Shown here: one piece after another, positions 19,601 through 31,208 of the stretch
How positions within the stretch are numbered: position 1 is the first letter of the stretch
How the letters are laid out: the number at the start of each line of letters is the position of its first letter
From: an uncultured Planctomycetota bacterium
GTDB lineage: Bacteria > Planctomycetota > Planctomycetia > Pirellulales > Lacipirellulaceae
Reading direction: 5' to 3'
DNA length: 64,000 nucleotides
Assembly (NCBI GenBank): GCA_963719315.1
Contig: CAVRBU010000004.1
Span: forward strand, 192,001-256,000
Notes under the pieces: generated by a model
What the model saw: only the letters and a program-made list of their open reading frames with translations
The model's database searches: none
Told to the model about the DNA's origin: nothing
Translations under genes and position numbers: made by a program

Positions 19601-20514
19601 CGGAAGCCGCCGCATTCTCCGATGCTGCTTCGCCTCGCGTGGATGCGGTTGCGCCGAACGCCAACCGCCGCGGGTCTTGGATTGCATCGTGTACGACGCT
19701 CTACTGGTTGACACTGCGGCAACATCTTCACGGCAAACGGTGGTTGGCGCTGTTGCTCTTGTTTCTATTGCCCGCGGGCATGGCATCCGTCATTCGGAAC
19801 GCGCACTCGGAATTGCCCAGCGTGTTTCTGGAGTTTGTGCTGTCGTGGATCCTCATTCCGCAGGCGCTCTTGCCACTGATCGCACTACTATATGCGTCGG
19901 GTATCATTCAAGACGAACAGGAGGAGCAAACTATTACGTACTTGCTTACCCGTCCGATTCCAAAATGGGCGATTTACATTGTGAAAATGATCGCCACCTG
20001 GACAACAGCCGTGCTGCTGGTGATTGTCTTGACCGTGCTCACGTACCTGGCGATTTACGTTAATAGCGGTACCGTGCTAACGGATGTGTTGCACCGCTGT
20101 TGGCGGGCGTGTGAGATTCATTCGCTGGCGATTGTTGCGTATTGCAGCCTGTTTGGCTTGATGAGCTTGCTCACGAAGCGAACGCTTGTCGTCGGCGTGT
20201 TGTACACCGCGATTGTGGAGGGGGTATTGGCGAATCTCCCGCTCAGCCTGCGGATGGCGACCGTGATCTACTACACCCGATTGATTGCGTATCGCACACT
20301 TGATTTCGTCGTCACCTGGCCGCGCGGCAGGACGAACAACGTCGCGGCGACCGCCTGGTTTTTTGACACCAAGAGCGACCCGGGGCTTGCGCTACATCCG
20401 CAATTATCGACGTGTATCTCGGTGTTGCTGATTTCGAGCCTGGCGTTCACGATTCTCGCCGCGTGGCTTTGTTCGCAACGGGAATTTCACGTAAAGACGC
20501 CGGAAAAGGACTGA
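19597..20514 (+). CDS. ABC-2 type transporter permease
   Basis: DEQEEQTITYLLTRPIPK, TM helices, ATGA overlap with the upstream ATPase. Confidence 0.87.
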   Translation: MTEAAAFSDAASPRVDAVAPNANRRGSWIASCTTLYWLTLRQHLHGKRWLALLLLFLLPAGMASVIRNAHSELPSVFLEFVLSWILIPQALLPLIALLYASGIIQDEQEEQTITYLLTRPIPKWAIYIVKMIATWTTAVLLVIVLTVLTYLAIYVNSGTVLTDVLHRCWRACEIHSLAIVAYCSLFGLMSLLTKRTLVVGVLYTAIVEGVLANLPLSLRMATVIYYTRLIAYRTLDFVVTWPRGRTNNVAATAWFFDTKSDPGLALHPQLSTCISVLLISSLAFTILAAWLCSQREFHVKTPEKD

Positions 20515-20544
20515 TTGCGCCCGTTTCGCCTTCAGGCGTGATAT

Positions 20545-21731
20545 GTGATGTCAGCCGAAATTGAAAACGACGGCGATTGGAGCGAATGGCGCGATGCGTG
20601 GTCAATTCGATCCGACACAACGTATTTGAACCACGGGTCATTTGGCCCCACTCCGCGGACGGTGCGCGAATGTCAATGGGACTGGCAGCAACAGCTCGCC
20701 AGCCAGCCAATGGATTTCTTCGTCCGCAAGTTCGAGCCGGCATGGAATCACGCAAGGCAACGGCTGGCGGATTTCGTAGGCGCCGCTCCCGAAAATCTTG
20801 TCTTCGTTGAAAACTCAACGGCCGGAATGAATGTGGTCGCCAATTCGTTTCCACTCCAGCGGGGAGACGAAGTGTTGCTGACGGATCATGAGTACGGCGC
20901 CGTGCTTCGGATCTGGCAGAGGGCATGCCAAAGTGCTGAAGCCGCGGAACCTCGCATCGCCGCGCTTCCTGCAAAGTTCGAGACGGCCGCGCAAGTGGTG
21001 GACGCCATATTTCAAGGGGCAAACGGGCGCACTCGCTTGCTCGTCGTCAGCCACATCACATCGCCTACGGCTGTAATTCTGCCGGTGCGGCAAATCTGCA
21101 ACGAGGCGCACCGGCGCGGAATTTCAGTTTGCATCGACGGGCCTCACGCGCCGCGCAGGTCCCGTTGGCAATCGGCGAACTGGATTGCGACTTCTACACC
21201 GCGAGTTTGCACAAGTGGGTTTCGGCCCCGATCGGTTCTGGATTCCTATTCGTCGCGCCGCGCTGGCAGCATCAAATGGAAGCAACTCAGCTAAGTTGGG
21301 GACGGCTATTGCCCGCGAAGCCAACGCGTTGGTGGGAAGAATTCGTCTGGCCCGGCACGCGCGATCCGTCGGCATATCTAGCATCCGGCGCGGCCATCGA
21401 CTTGCTGTACGGAGTTGGGCTGCCGACGTTTCGCGCCCGCACACATTACCTGGCGCGATACGCACGCCACCGCCTTGTCGAACGAACAGGCCTGGAGCCG
21501 CCCACTCCGGATGACGAGAATTGGTACGGCAGCATGGCGAGCGTCCCCTTGCCGCCGGGCAATGCGGCGGATTTACAGCAGGAATTGTGGCGGAACTACC
21601 GAATCGAAGTTCCCGTGATCGAGCGCAACGGCCGCCGGTCGATTCGCGTGTCGTGTCATCTTTACACGTGCAAGTCAGAAATCGGCGCGCTCGTCGAGGC
21701 GGTTGATGAACTCTTGCGCAGAAAAGTTTAA
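20545..21731 (+). CDS. PLP-dependent class V aminotransferase family protein (isopenicillin N epimerase / cysteine lyase-like; frameshift near 21155)
   Basis: YLNHGSFG, DHEYGA, SHITSPT, IDGPH, then DFYTASLHKW and IRVSCHLY in the second frame. Confidence 0.88.
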
Positions 21732-21840
21732 TCGAATTTGTGGCAGAATGGGGTTTGCGGCCCCTAGTTGGGGGTCAATACAATGCGACGGTTGCGATGG
21801 CGGCACCGATTCACTATTTGCTTGTCGAAGGGTGGGAACG

Positions 21841-22937
21841 ATGGGTATTCAATCGAACGGCAGTTTGTCGAAGGGTGTGATCTTGTTCGTCGCTATCGCG
21901 GCGATCGTTGCGGTCGCGGCGGCAGAGGAGCGGACTTGGACCGACGCCACCGGGAAATTCAAGCTGAGCGCCGAACTCGTTGAAGTGAAGGACGGCAAGG
22001 CCGTGTTGCTTCGGTCGGATGGGAAGACGGTTTCTGTACCGGTCACGCGGCTGAGCGACGTTGATCGGGCGTTCATCGAAGCGCATGACAAAGAGCAGGT
22101 GGCCGTTGACCCCGGTACAGGATCCGCCGGTTCGGTAATCACCGACATCGCTAGTCGCTTCTATGGCGACCTTCGCAGCACGGAGCGCGCGACTGCCAAG
22201 CAAATGCTGACCAAAGTGGCCGAGGCGCTTATGAGTTCCGGCAAATCGCCGCTGGCCGGACTGCCGCAGCCGGAGACCGGCGCGAAAGCAATCATGCCCG
22301 GCAGCGCCAAGGTCGAAGGCGACGTGGCGGAAATTCCCGTGATGGTCCGTGCCGGCGGCCACGTCCACAAAACCAAATTGCACCTCCGCAAAGAAGGTGA
22401 TGATTGGCGCGTGTTGCGCTTAGCGCGACCTATCCGGACGGCGAAAAGTCAATCAACTTCGAAGTCCCCAACGCGCCGCAAGGCGGCAACCCGCTGCAAG
22501 CCATGGTCGGTAAACCCTTCCAATTGGAAGGCTACACGCTCCAAGGCAAGCCAATTGAAATGTCGCAATACGAGGGAAAAGTCGTACTCATCGATTTCTG
22601 GGCAACCTGGTGCGGCCCCTGCCGCGAGGAAATCCCCAACATCAAAGCAAATTGGGATACGTACCACGACACTGGGTTTGACGTTGTTGCGGTCAGCGTC
22701 GACCGGGATTTGAAGGCGCTCGCCAGTTTTGTCGCCGAGGAAAAGCCGCCGTGGACGGTCGTTGCCGACAATCACCCCCGCAATAAAACTGCGATGGGCA
22801 ACAAATATGGGATTCGCGCGATTCCGGCGTTCATTCTGATCGGGAAAGATGGCAAAGAGGCGGCCGTGAATTGTCGCGGCCCGCTGCTTGGCCGGCAGTT
22901 GGCCAAGCTAACGGGCGGCTCGACGGCCAGGAAGTAA
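21841..22937 (+). CDS. Secreted SHD1-domain TlpA/ResA-like thiol-disulfide oxidoreductase (frameshift near 22415)
   Basis: Signal peptide, SHD1 motif RTWTDATGKF...LSDVDRAFI, C-terminal DFWATWCGPC and YGIRAIP. Confidence 0.85.
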
Positions 22938-22997
22938 CCAACTGTAGTTCTCAGTTACTCCGGAGATTCTAGTGGTTTGTCACGAGTGAAATGTTGA

Positions 22998-23075
22998 GTG
23001 GCATGCCTTCGACGCCGCGGCTGAGCATATCTCGAGAGAAATCATGCCTACGCCACAGCGGCGAAGGCATGCCAC
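22998..23075. repeat. Intergenic palindromic (REP-like) element
   Basis: Perfect 14-bp inverted arms GTGGCATGCCTTCG (22998-23011) / CGAAGGCATGCCAC (23062-23075) with further internal complementarity. Confidence 0.7.
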
Positions 23076-23193
23076 CCATCTATTCAGCATGATCCGAGCG
23101 CTAGCCCACCGCCGACTCATGCGTCATTTTCATTGTGACCGCCGATTTGTTATGATCGAGGAATTGAATGGTTGGCCCTACAGGATGGTTCCT

Positions 23194-24222
23194 ATGAACA
23201 GGCAATTCGTCGCGGCGGCGGCAGTCGTTGCGTTGGCAGGCGCTTTGGGTTGTAGTAGCAGCAATAGTAGCGCTCTCAGTCCGGGCAAAGCGGCCCCGAG
23301 TTTCGCGTTTATTACGAACGGCGTCGCCGATTTCTGGGAGCACGCCCGAGCCGGCGCCAACAAGGCCGGCCAGGACTTGGGCGTCAAGGTCGAGGTCATA
23401 ACGCCCAGCTCGATGACCGATCAGACCCGCAAGATCGAAGACCTTCTTACGCGCGGCATCGACGGCATCGCCATTAGTCCGATCGACCCGGCGAATCAGG
23501 GGGAGATTCTCAACAAGGCGGCCGCGGAGACCAATCTTGTCACACACGATTCGGACGCTCCGAAGACGAATCGGCTCGTCTACATCGGCATGGATAATTA
23601 CGACGCCGGCCTGTTGTGTGGCCAAACGCTTCGCAAAGCGATGCTGCCCGAAGGCGGCGCCGTGATGATCTTCATCGGCCGGATGGATCAAGACAACGCC
23701 AAGCGCCGCCGGCAGGGTTTTATCGATGGATTGCTGGGCCGCGACCGCGACCCCTCGCGACACGACGGCACGGGCGACGAGGTCAAAAGCGAGGACGGAA
23801 AGTTCACGATCCTGGGCACGATGACCGATCAGTTCGATCGGGCCAAGGCCAAGGCCAACGTCGAGGACACCGTGACGCGCCACCCCGAAATCGCCGGCAT
23901 GGTGGGGCTGTTCGAGTACAATCCGCCGCTGATTATGGAAGCCCTCGACCGCACCGGCAAAGTCGGCAAAGTGAAGGTGATGGGCTTCGATGAAAACGCC
24001 GTCACGTTGCAATGCATCAAAGACGGCACGATGATCGGAACCGTTGTGCAGAATCCGTATCAATACGGCTACAAATCGATCCAGACGCTCAACGCATTGC
24101 ACAACGGCGACAAATCGGTGATCCCGGAAAACAAGTTCGTCGATATTCCGGCCCGCGTGATCGACTCTTCCAACGTGGACGCGTTCTGGCAGGAAATCAA
24201 GGACCGGCTCGGCAAGAAATAG
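23194..24222 (+). CDS. Monosaccharide ABC transporter substrate-binding lipoprotein (RbsB/LsrB-like)
   Basis: Lipobox ALGC, GIDGIAISP, THDSDAP, YIGMDNYDAG, GFDE, VVQNPYQYG. Confidence 0.9.
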   Translation: MNRQFVAAAAVVALAGALGCSSSNSSALSPGKAAPSFAFITNGVADFWEHARAGANKAGQDLGVKVEVITPSSMTDQTRKIEDLLTRGIDGIAISPIDPANQGEILNKAAAETNLVTHDSDAPKTNRLVYIGMDNYDAGLLCGQTLRKAMLPEGGAVMIFIGRMDQDNAKRRRQGFIDGLLGRDRDPSRHDGTGDEVKSEDGKFTILGTMTDQFDRAKAKANVEDTVTRHPEIAGMVGLFEYNPPLIMEALDRTGKVGKVKVMGFDENAVTLQCIKDGTMIGTVVQNPYQYGYKSIQTLNALHNGDKSVIPENKFVDIPARVIDSSNVDAFWQEIKDRLGKK

Positions 24223-24251
24223 CCGCAGCCCACTCGTCGCGCTCGCGCTGA

Positions 24252-25775
24252 ATGACAATGGCCACTGATCCGACGTCTCCCTTGCTCGAAGTGCGCGGCA
24301 TCAGCAAGCAGTTCTCCGGCGTGCTGGCACTCGACGATGTATCGCTGTCGCTTGGACGAGGCGAAGTGTTGGCAATCGTCGGCGAGAACGGCGCCGGCAA
24401 AAGCACATTGATGCGGATTGTGGCAGGCGTCGTGCCGCCCACGGCGGGCACGATCTTTGTGGACGGACAACCGGTCGAGTTCACATCGGTCGCCCAGGCC
24501 CTCAAAAGAGGCATCTCGCTCATCCATCAAGAGCTCAATCTGGCCGACAACCTGAGCGTTGCCGCCAACATTTTCCTGGGACGCGAGCCGTTGCGTTTCG
24601 GCATGATCGATCGTCGAACGATCGACCGCGAGGCGCGGAAGTACCTGGACATGGTCGGCCTCGATGTCGCCCCACAGTCGTTGGTCAGCACGCTTTCGAT
24701 CGGCAAGCAGCAACTCGTCGAAATCGCCAAAGCGCTCAGCACGAACGCGCGCATTCTGATCATGGACGAGCCGACATCGTCGCTCTCGGAGCACGAATCG
24801 CAGAAGTTGTTCGAGGTGGTGAGCAACCTGCGCTCGCGCGGTGTGAGTGTCCTGTATATCTCCCACCGTTTGCACGAGGTCGAACAACTTGCGGACCGGG
24901 TCGTAGTGTTGCGCGACGGAAAGTTTTCGGGCGAGTTGTCGCGAGAGCAAATTCAGCGTCAGAATATGGTGCGGCTGATGGTTGGCCGCGAGGTTTCGCG
25001 GTTCTACGAACGTACGCCGCATACGCCGGGCGAAGTCGTCTTGTCCGTCAATCAACTTCGGACGACGATGTTTCCGCAGCGCACGGTCAGCTTTACATTG
25101 CGAGCCGGTGAAGTCGTGGGGCTGGCCGGGCTGGTCGGGGCAGGGCGCTCAGAGCTGCTGGGCACGCTTTTCGGCGTGACGCCCGCCATAAGTGGCGGCA
25201 TGACGGTCGGCGCACTCCGCCGGCCGCCGCGCACCGTGCGTGGGGCCATCGCCGCCGGCATCATGCTCGCGCCGGAGGATCGTCGGCGTGCGGGACTCAT
25301 CCTCCCGATGAGCGTGAAGTGGAATCTTTCGCTGGCCAGCTTGCGGCGCGACCAGCGGCGCGGCATCCTATCCGGTTTTCTCAATCGAGCGGCCGAGGAT
25401 CAGGTTGCGACCTCGATGATCGGCCTGATGCGAATCAAAACGGCCGACGATCGCCAAATCGTGCGGTTTCTGTCGGGCGGCAATCAGCAAAAGGTGGTGC
25501 TCGGCAAATGGCTCTGCCTCAGCCCGAAGCTGTTGCTGCTCGATGAGCCCACGCGCGGGATTGATGTGGGCGCGAAAGAGGAAATTTATAAACTAATGGA
25601 CGAGCTGGCTGGTCGCGGCGTGGCGATCTTATTCGCCTCGAGCGAGCTGGAAGAAATCATGGGTTTGTCGGACCGGGCGCTCGTGATGCACGAGGGCCGC
25701 ATTTCCGGCGAGCTCGACCGCGCGGATTTGACCGAGGAGGCAGTAATGCGATTGGCAACGGGCGGCGACGAATGA
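24252..25775 (+). CDS. Monosaccharide ABC transporter ATP-binding protein (RbsA-like, two ATPase domains)
   Basis: [53 protein letters not shown]. Confidence 0.95.
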   Translation: MTMATDPTSPLLEVRGISKQFSGVLALDDVSLSLGRGEVLAIVGENGAGKSTLMRIVAGVVPPTAGTIFVDGQPVEFTSVAQALKRGISLIHQELNLADNLSVAANIFLGREPLRFGMIDRRTIDREARKYLDMVGLDVAPQSLVSTLSIGKQQLVEIAKALSTNARILIMDEPTSSLSEHESQKLFEVVSNLRSRGVSVLYISHRLHEVEQLADRVVVLRDGKFSGELSREQIQRQNMVRLMVGREVSRFYERTPHTPGEVVLSVNQLRTTMFPQRTVSFTLRAGEVVGLAGLVGAGRSELLGTLFGVTPAISGGMTVGALRRPPRTVRGAIAAGIMLAPEDRRRAGLILPMSVKWNLSLASLRRDQRRGILSGFLNRAAEDQVATSMIGLMRIKTADDRQIVRFLSGGNQQKVVLGKWLCLSPKLLLLDEPTRGIDVGAKEEIYKLMDELAGRGVAILFASSELEEIMGLSDRALVMHEGRISGELDRADLTEEAVMRLATGGDE

Positions 25776-26878
25776 CTGGAAAGGATCGGCGCGTGATGAG
25801 CAAAACCAAGCCGGCGGCCGTCAACGCACCCTCGCCCAGCCCTCTCCCCGAGGGAGAGGGTTCGAGGAAGTTTTCGCCGCAGGGGGCAAAGATCTGGGGC
25901 ATCTTTGGCCTGCTGGTCGCGATTTGTTTGTACACGGCGCTATCCAGCGATCATTTCCTGCGTGTCGGAAACGTGGAAAATCTCGTCCATCGCACGGCCC
26001 TGTTCGGCATCCTCAGCGTGGGTGCGGCGTTCGTCATCATCACGGGCGGCATCGATCTGTCGATCGGCTCACTCGTGTGCCTGGTCGGCGTGTTGCTGCC
26101 TTATCTGCTCGTGCACCATGGCTGGCCGCCGGTCGCGGGGGTCGCTTTCGTACTGGGCATCTCGGTGGCGATCGGCGTCATTCATGGTCTGCTCATCACC
26201 AAAATGGGGTTGCAGCCGTTCGTGGTGACGTTGTGCGGCTTGCTTTTGTATCGAGGAATTGCCCGCGGTCTGACGGGCGATGTCTCGCAAGGTTTCGGAT
26301 TGCAATTCAAAGAGTTGCGCGGCATCGCCACGAGTCGGTTGCCGATTTTTGGCTCGAACAACGACGTATTTCATCTGCCGGCTACCACGCTTATGTTGAT
26401 AATCATCGCGGTTGTGGCCGCGATTTTTCTCAACAAAACGATCTACGGCCGCTATCTGCTCGCGCTGGGTAACAATCCCGAAGCGGCCCGCTACAGCGGC
26501 ATCAACGTCGACCGGACGACGCTCCTGGCCTACGTGATATGCTCGACGCTAGCCGGTCTCGGCGGCATGTTGTTCGTGCTCGATATCAACGCGGCGCAGC
26601 CCAGCGACTTCGGCAATTTTTACGAACTGTACGCGATCGCCGCCGCCGTGCTCGGCGGCTGCTCCCTCCGCGGCGGCGAAGGCAGCATCATCGGCGTCGT
26701 GATCGGCTCCGCGGTGATGGTCGTGCTCAGCAACGCGATCAACCTGGTGCACCCAAAATACCAGAACATCGAATTCGCGATCATCGGCGGCGTGATCCTC
26801 ATCGGCGTGATCGCGGATGAGCTGGCCTGGCGGATCGTCGGCGCCCGACGCGAAGCGGCGCGGCACGCAGGGAAGTGA
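25772..26878 (+). CDS. Monosaccharide ABC transporter permease (RbsC-like)
   Basis: [47 protein letters not shown]. Confidence 0.93.
   Translation: MTGKDRRVMSKTKPAAVNAPSPSPLPEGEGSRKFSPQGAKIWGIFGLLVAICLYTALSSDHFLRVGNVENLVHRTALFGILSVGAAFVIITGGIDLSIGSLVCLVGVLLPYLLVHHGWPPVAGVAFVLGISVAIGVIHGLLITKMGLQPFVVTLCGLLLYRGIARGLTGDVSQGFGLQFKELRGIATSRLPIFGSNNDVFHLPATTLMLIIIAVVAAIFLNKTIYGRYLLALGNNPEAARYSGINVDRTTLLAYVICSTLAGLGGMLFVLDINAAQPSDFGNFYELYAIAAAVLGGCSLRGGEGSIIGVVIGSAVMVVLSNAINLVHPKYQNIEFAIIGGVILIGVIADELAWRIVGARREAARHAGK
25829..25860. repeat. Short palindromic repeat CCCTCGCCCAGCCCTCTCCCCGAGGGAGAGGG in the permease 5' region
   Basis: Hairpin CCCTCTCCC-CGA-GGGAGAGGG (25840-25860); translates as [11 protein letters not shown]. 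Confidence 0.7.
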
Positions 26879-26890
26879 CGGTTTGTGGAT

Positions 26891-26918
26891 CTCGCGCAAA
26901 GACGCGAAGGCGCAAAGA
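26891..26918. repeat. Short degenerate tandem repeat CGCAAAGA-CGCGAAGG-CGCAAAGA between convergent genes
   Basis: Three 8-bp units directly after the permease stop. Confidence 0.45.
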
Positions 26919-26972
26919 ATTCATTTTGTGGTTGTCAGCGGCCAAAGACCTCCGGAGCCTGGCGCCAACAAA

Positions 26973-28433
26973 TCACGCGATAATTTCCCCAATCGGCTCC
27001 ACTGCCTCCACGCCCACCAATTTCTGATCGAGCCCACGGTAGAAATACGCCAGCCGATTCGGGTCGAGTCCCATCTGTTGCAATACGGTCGCGTGCAGGC
27101 GTTTGACGTGGAACGGTTTTTCGACGGCGGCCGAGCCGAGTTCGTCGGTGCCGCCGACGCTGATACCACCCTTGAGGCCCCCGCCGGCTAGCCACATCGT
27201 GAAGCCGTAGCTGTTGTGGTCGCGGCCAGTGCCGCTGCGGTATTCGGCGGTCGGTTGGCGGCCGAATTCGCCCCCCCACACGATGAGCGTCTCATCGAGC
27301 AGGCCGCGCTGCTTGAGGTCCTTCAGCAGGGCGGCGATCGGTTGATCGGTGGCGCCGGCGTGGCGGGTGTGGTTGGCGACCAAGTCGCCGTGGGCGTCCC
27401 AGTTGTCGTCGTTGTGGCCACCGCCGGAGTAGAGTTGGATGAAGCGGACGCCGCGCTCGACCATGCGGCGGGCGAGGAGGCAACGGGTGCCAAAGTCACG
27501 CGTTTTATCCGCGTCGAGGCCGTACATCCGGCGGGTGGCTTCGGTTTCCTGGCTGAGATCGACAGCCTCGGGGGCGTGCATCTGCATTTTGTATGAGAGC
27601 TCGTAGCTGGCGATGCGGGCGGCGAGATCCTGTTGATCGGGGCGAGCAGCGTGGTGTTCGGCGTTCATGTGGGCGAGCGTGTCGAGCATATCGCGCTCAA
27701 CGGGCCGCGTCGTGCGGGTCGGCAGCGAGAGGTCGTTGATGGGCGAACCGGTGGCTCGGAAAATCGTGCCGGCGTAACTGGCGGGCATGAAGCCGCTGGA
27801 CCAGTTCTTGGCGCCGTTGATGGGGCCGCCCTCGCGGGCGAGCATCACGACGAAGCCGGGCAGGTTGTCGTTCGGCGAGCCGAGGCCGTAGTTGACCCAC
27901 GAGCCGAGGGCGGGGCTGCCGCTTTGCAACCGGCCGGAATTCATCATCAGCAGGCCGGAGCCGTGGATCGGCGACTCGGCCGTCATCGAATGGACAAAAG
28001 CGATGTCGTCGACGCAATCGCCGAGGTGCGGGAACAGGTCGCTGACCCATTTACCGCACTCGCCGCGTTGGCGGAACTTCCAACGGGGCTCAACGATGAC
28101 GCCTTCATTCTTTTTCCCGCCGCGGCCGAAAGTTTTCACGGCGACGGTCTTGCCGTCCATGCCGATCATGTTTGGTTTGTAATCGAACGTGTCGATGTGG
28201 CTGGGTCCGCCGTACATGAAGAGGAAGATCACGCTTTTAGCCTTGGCCGGCAGAAGGGGCGGTTTCGGCATAAGCGGATTGGCGACGACGGGCGAAGCGG
28301 CAGCGCTGCCGGCGAAGAAGCCATCGACGGAGAGCAGCGACGTAAGCGCGGCCGCGCCGAACCCGCAGCTGGTCTCCCAGAGAAACTCGCGCCGCGTACG
28401 GCCGCAGAACTCGCATTTGGTACTGTTTACCAT
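26973..28433 (-). CDS. DUF1501 domain protein with Tat-like N-terminus
   Basis: TRREFL, AKAKSVIFLFMYGGPSHIDTFDYKP, CLLARRMVERGVRFIQL, WDAH, WGGEFGRQP, GRDHN. Confidence 0.93.
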   Translation of the reverse strand: MVNSTKCEFCGRTRREFLWETSCGFGAAALTSLLSVDGFFAGSAAASPVVANPLMPKPPLLPAKAKSVIFLFMYGGPSHIDTFDYKPNMIGMDGKTVAVKTFGRGGKKNEGVIVEPRWKFRQRGECGKWVSDLFPHLGDCVDDIAFVHSMTAESPIHGSGLLMMNSGRLQSGSPALGSWVNYGLGSPNDNLPGFVVMLAREGGPINGAKNWSSGFMPASYAGTIFRATGSPINDLSLPTRTTRPVERDMLDTLAHMNAEHHAARPDQQDLAARIASYELSYKMQMHAPEAVDLSQETEATRRMYGLDADKTRDFGTRCLLARRMVERGVRFIQLYSGGGHNDDNWDAHGDLVANHTRHAGATDQPIAALLKDLKQRGLLDETLIVWGGEFGRQPTAEYRSGTGRDHNSYGFTMWLAGGGLKGGISVGGTDELGSAAVEKPFHVKRLHATVLQQMGLDPNRLAYFYRGLDQKLVGVEAVEPIGEIIA

Positions 28434-28551
28434 AACAATTCGTAGTGCTGGTTCAATTTAACCACGAGCAACGAAGAACACGAAGTCGGAATTCCTTGGC
28501 CTTATCATTGTGTCCTCTGTGCCGTCGTAGTTTACTTCTGTGGTTGAATTG

Positions 28552-30976
28552 TTAGTCCAAGTAAACAAACTCGTTCAAGTTAAGCACGGTCAAGCACCAG
28601 TACCGCAGTGCATCCGCCGGTTTTTGGCCGCGGTCTTTGGTGAGGCGATTTACAAGGTCGAGGCCGTCCGCGATTTCTTTGTCCCTGGCGGGGCGGTTGA
28701 GGGCGAGGCGGATTGTTTGGTCGATCTGCGCGTAGGTCGGGGCCAGTTTCGGCGGTGACGCGTTTGGCCAGCTTGCCCGCCTGATCGTTCAGAAAATCGC
28801 CGTGGAGCATGGCGAGAGCCTGGCCCGGCTGCGTGGTGACAAAACGGGCCTCGCACGTTGCATCGACATCCGGAAAATCGAACGCGGTGAGCAACGGCGG
28901 AAGCAGCGATCGCTTCACGTGAGCGTAAATGGCGCGACGCGCTTGGTCGTGCGGCTTCGAGTATCCCCAACCATCGCCGGGGCGCGATTGTGTGGCGAGC
29001 ACTTCTGGAGCGAGTGTTGGATAATAACCGCGACCGAGCATTTTCGGATTGAACTCGCCCGAAGTGATAAGCGTCGCATCGTGGATTTCTTCCGCGGTAA
29101 GTCGCCGCATGTCAAAACGCCAGAGCAGATCATTGGTCGGATCGATTGCGAGCGCATGCGGGTTACCGGTGAAGGACATCCGATACGCGTTCGACGTGAG
29201 AATCAAGCGGTGAAGCGGTTTCAGTTGCCAGTCGTGATCGACGAGCCAGAGTGCCAGGTAATCGAGCAGCTCAGGGTGCGTCGGCGGCGTACCAAGCTCG
29301 CCGAAGTTGTTGGCCGTGCGGACCAGGCCGCGGCCGAAGTAGTGCTGCCACACGCGATTGACGATCACTCGCGATGCAAGCAAATTGCGCGGCGACGTGA
29401 TCCACTCGGCGAGCACTCGCCTTCGGCCGGCGGAATGGGCATCTCCCTTGGGCGCTGAAATGTTGGGCGGCGCGTCGCCGAATAGGGCAGGGAAGTGGGG
29501 TTCGACGATCTCGCCCGGCACGTGTGGATTGCCGCGTAGCAAAATATGAGTCGGTTCGGGGTGCGGATCGCATTTGGCAAGCGCGAGCGCGGATTCCAGC
29601 GGCGGAAGTTTCTTGATTTCCTCGCGCGCCGTTTTATACCGTTCGCTCGCTTCCTGGTATTGGGTCCGCTCGGAAACATTGAGATGTTGTTCGAGTTTAT
29701 CCTTGAGCAGGCGGTCCCGATCGGGCGTCCGGGCGACTTCTTGCTCGCCCGGCGACATCCGCCCGATGCCGACTTTTTCGATTTCCTGCATTTCCTTATT
29801 GATATGATCTGCCTTTTCGTGCAGTGCGGCACGGCGAGCCCGCTCCTCCGGCTTTGACATAACCCATTGGCTGAAGCGCGCGGGATCGCGCTCGCCCGTA
29901 TCGGCGTAGGGCGTCACATCGGCGAAAAACGCGAGCAGCCCGTAGTAGTCTGCCTGAGGAATCGGATCGATCTTGTGATCGTGACATCGCGCGCAGCCGA
30001 CGGTGAGGCCCAGAAATGCTTGGCTCGTGGTCGAAATGATGTCGTCGAAGTCGTCGTAACGGGCTTGGAGCGGGTCGGCCGGCTCGTCATCCCAAGTGCC
30101 GAGTCGGTAGTAGCCGGTAGCGATCATCGAGTCGTCGGTCACCTGGTCGAGCTCATCACCCGCCAATTGCTCGCGAACGAATTGATCGTAGGGTTTGTCG
30201 TCGTTGAACGAGCGGATGACGTAGTCGCGATACTTCCACGCGTTCGGCTTGAGACCATCGCGTTCGAAACTATTTGTTTCGGCGAAGCGGACGAGGTCCA
30301 GCCAGTGGCGGGCCCATTGTTCGCCGAAGTGAGGTGACGCCAGCAGCGAATCGACGAGGCGCGGCCAGGCGTCGGGGGCGTCATCATTGAGAAACGCTGC
30401 CAATTGCTCGTTCGTCGGCGGCAAACCGGTGACGCCGAAGTATGCCCGGCGGGCGAGAGTGCGCTTGTCGGCCGGCGGAGATGGATCGAAACCGGTCTGT
30501 TCCAAACCGGCGAGAATGAACGCGTCGATCGGGTTTTGGACCCAAGCGCTGTTCTTTACATCGGGTGGCGTTTGCCGCTTGGGCGGTACGAACGCCCAAT
30601 GTTTCTCCCACTTCGCGCCTGCCGCGATCCATTGCTTGAGCGCATTGATCTCGTTGAGAGCGAGCGGCTTGCCTTCAGGCGGCATCCGCTCATCCTCGTC
30701 CGTGGCGGTAATGCGAGCGACGAGCGCACTCTCATCAACGTGGCCGGGGACGATTGCATGGAGGCCCGAATCGAGTTCGGCGAGGGCGGCATCCGGTTTA
30801 TCTAGTCGCAGGCCACCTTCGTGCGTGTTCGGGCCGTGACACGGAAAGCACCGTCGGGCGAGGAGCGGTTTCACGTCGTGCAAAAAGCTGACTGGCGCAT
30901 CAGCGGCCGGCGCTCTGTGAGCCAACACCGCTAGCGCAAGAGCCGTGCTTAGAGCAATAGCAAGTCGCGATGACAT
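28552..30976 (-). CDS. Planctomycete cytochrome c (PSCyt1) + DUF1549 + DUF1553 (PSD1) protein (frameshift near 28729)
   Basis: CFPCHG, RMPP, WAF, HWLDLVRFAE, CARCHDHK, NRVWQHYFGRG, PTHPELLD, RRLTAEEI; C-terminal LNEFVYLD-stop at 28552 is in another frame. Confidence 0.92.
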
Positions 30977-31208
30977 CGGCCGTCTTGCCCGGTGGTGAAA
31001 ATCGTGGTCGCGACGTCAACCCCCCTCGATATCTCAGTTTAGTCGTCGAGGGGCGTTACGTCACGCGCCAAAAAGTGGTTGGCGACCGGCCGAACGTGGT
31101 AAATCGGCTTCGTAGGTGGGGCAAATATTATAATACCCACCGCTAATTGATATCTTGGAACGAATATGGCCAGAATGTGCGCATCAGACTATGGCACATG
31201 CTTTCAAC

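Noticed and set aside
23101..24258. Long antisense ORFs in the track (e.g. 23101-24258, 43810-45090, 45788-46999, 47107-48096)
   Set aside because: Shadows of GC-rich codon usage on the opposite strand of well-supported genes; they contain no recognisable motifs.
28460..28532. Degenerate inverted repeat between the PSD1 and DUF1501 genes
   Set aside because: Arms match weakly; probably a decayed short repeat that cannot be assigned from this window.
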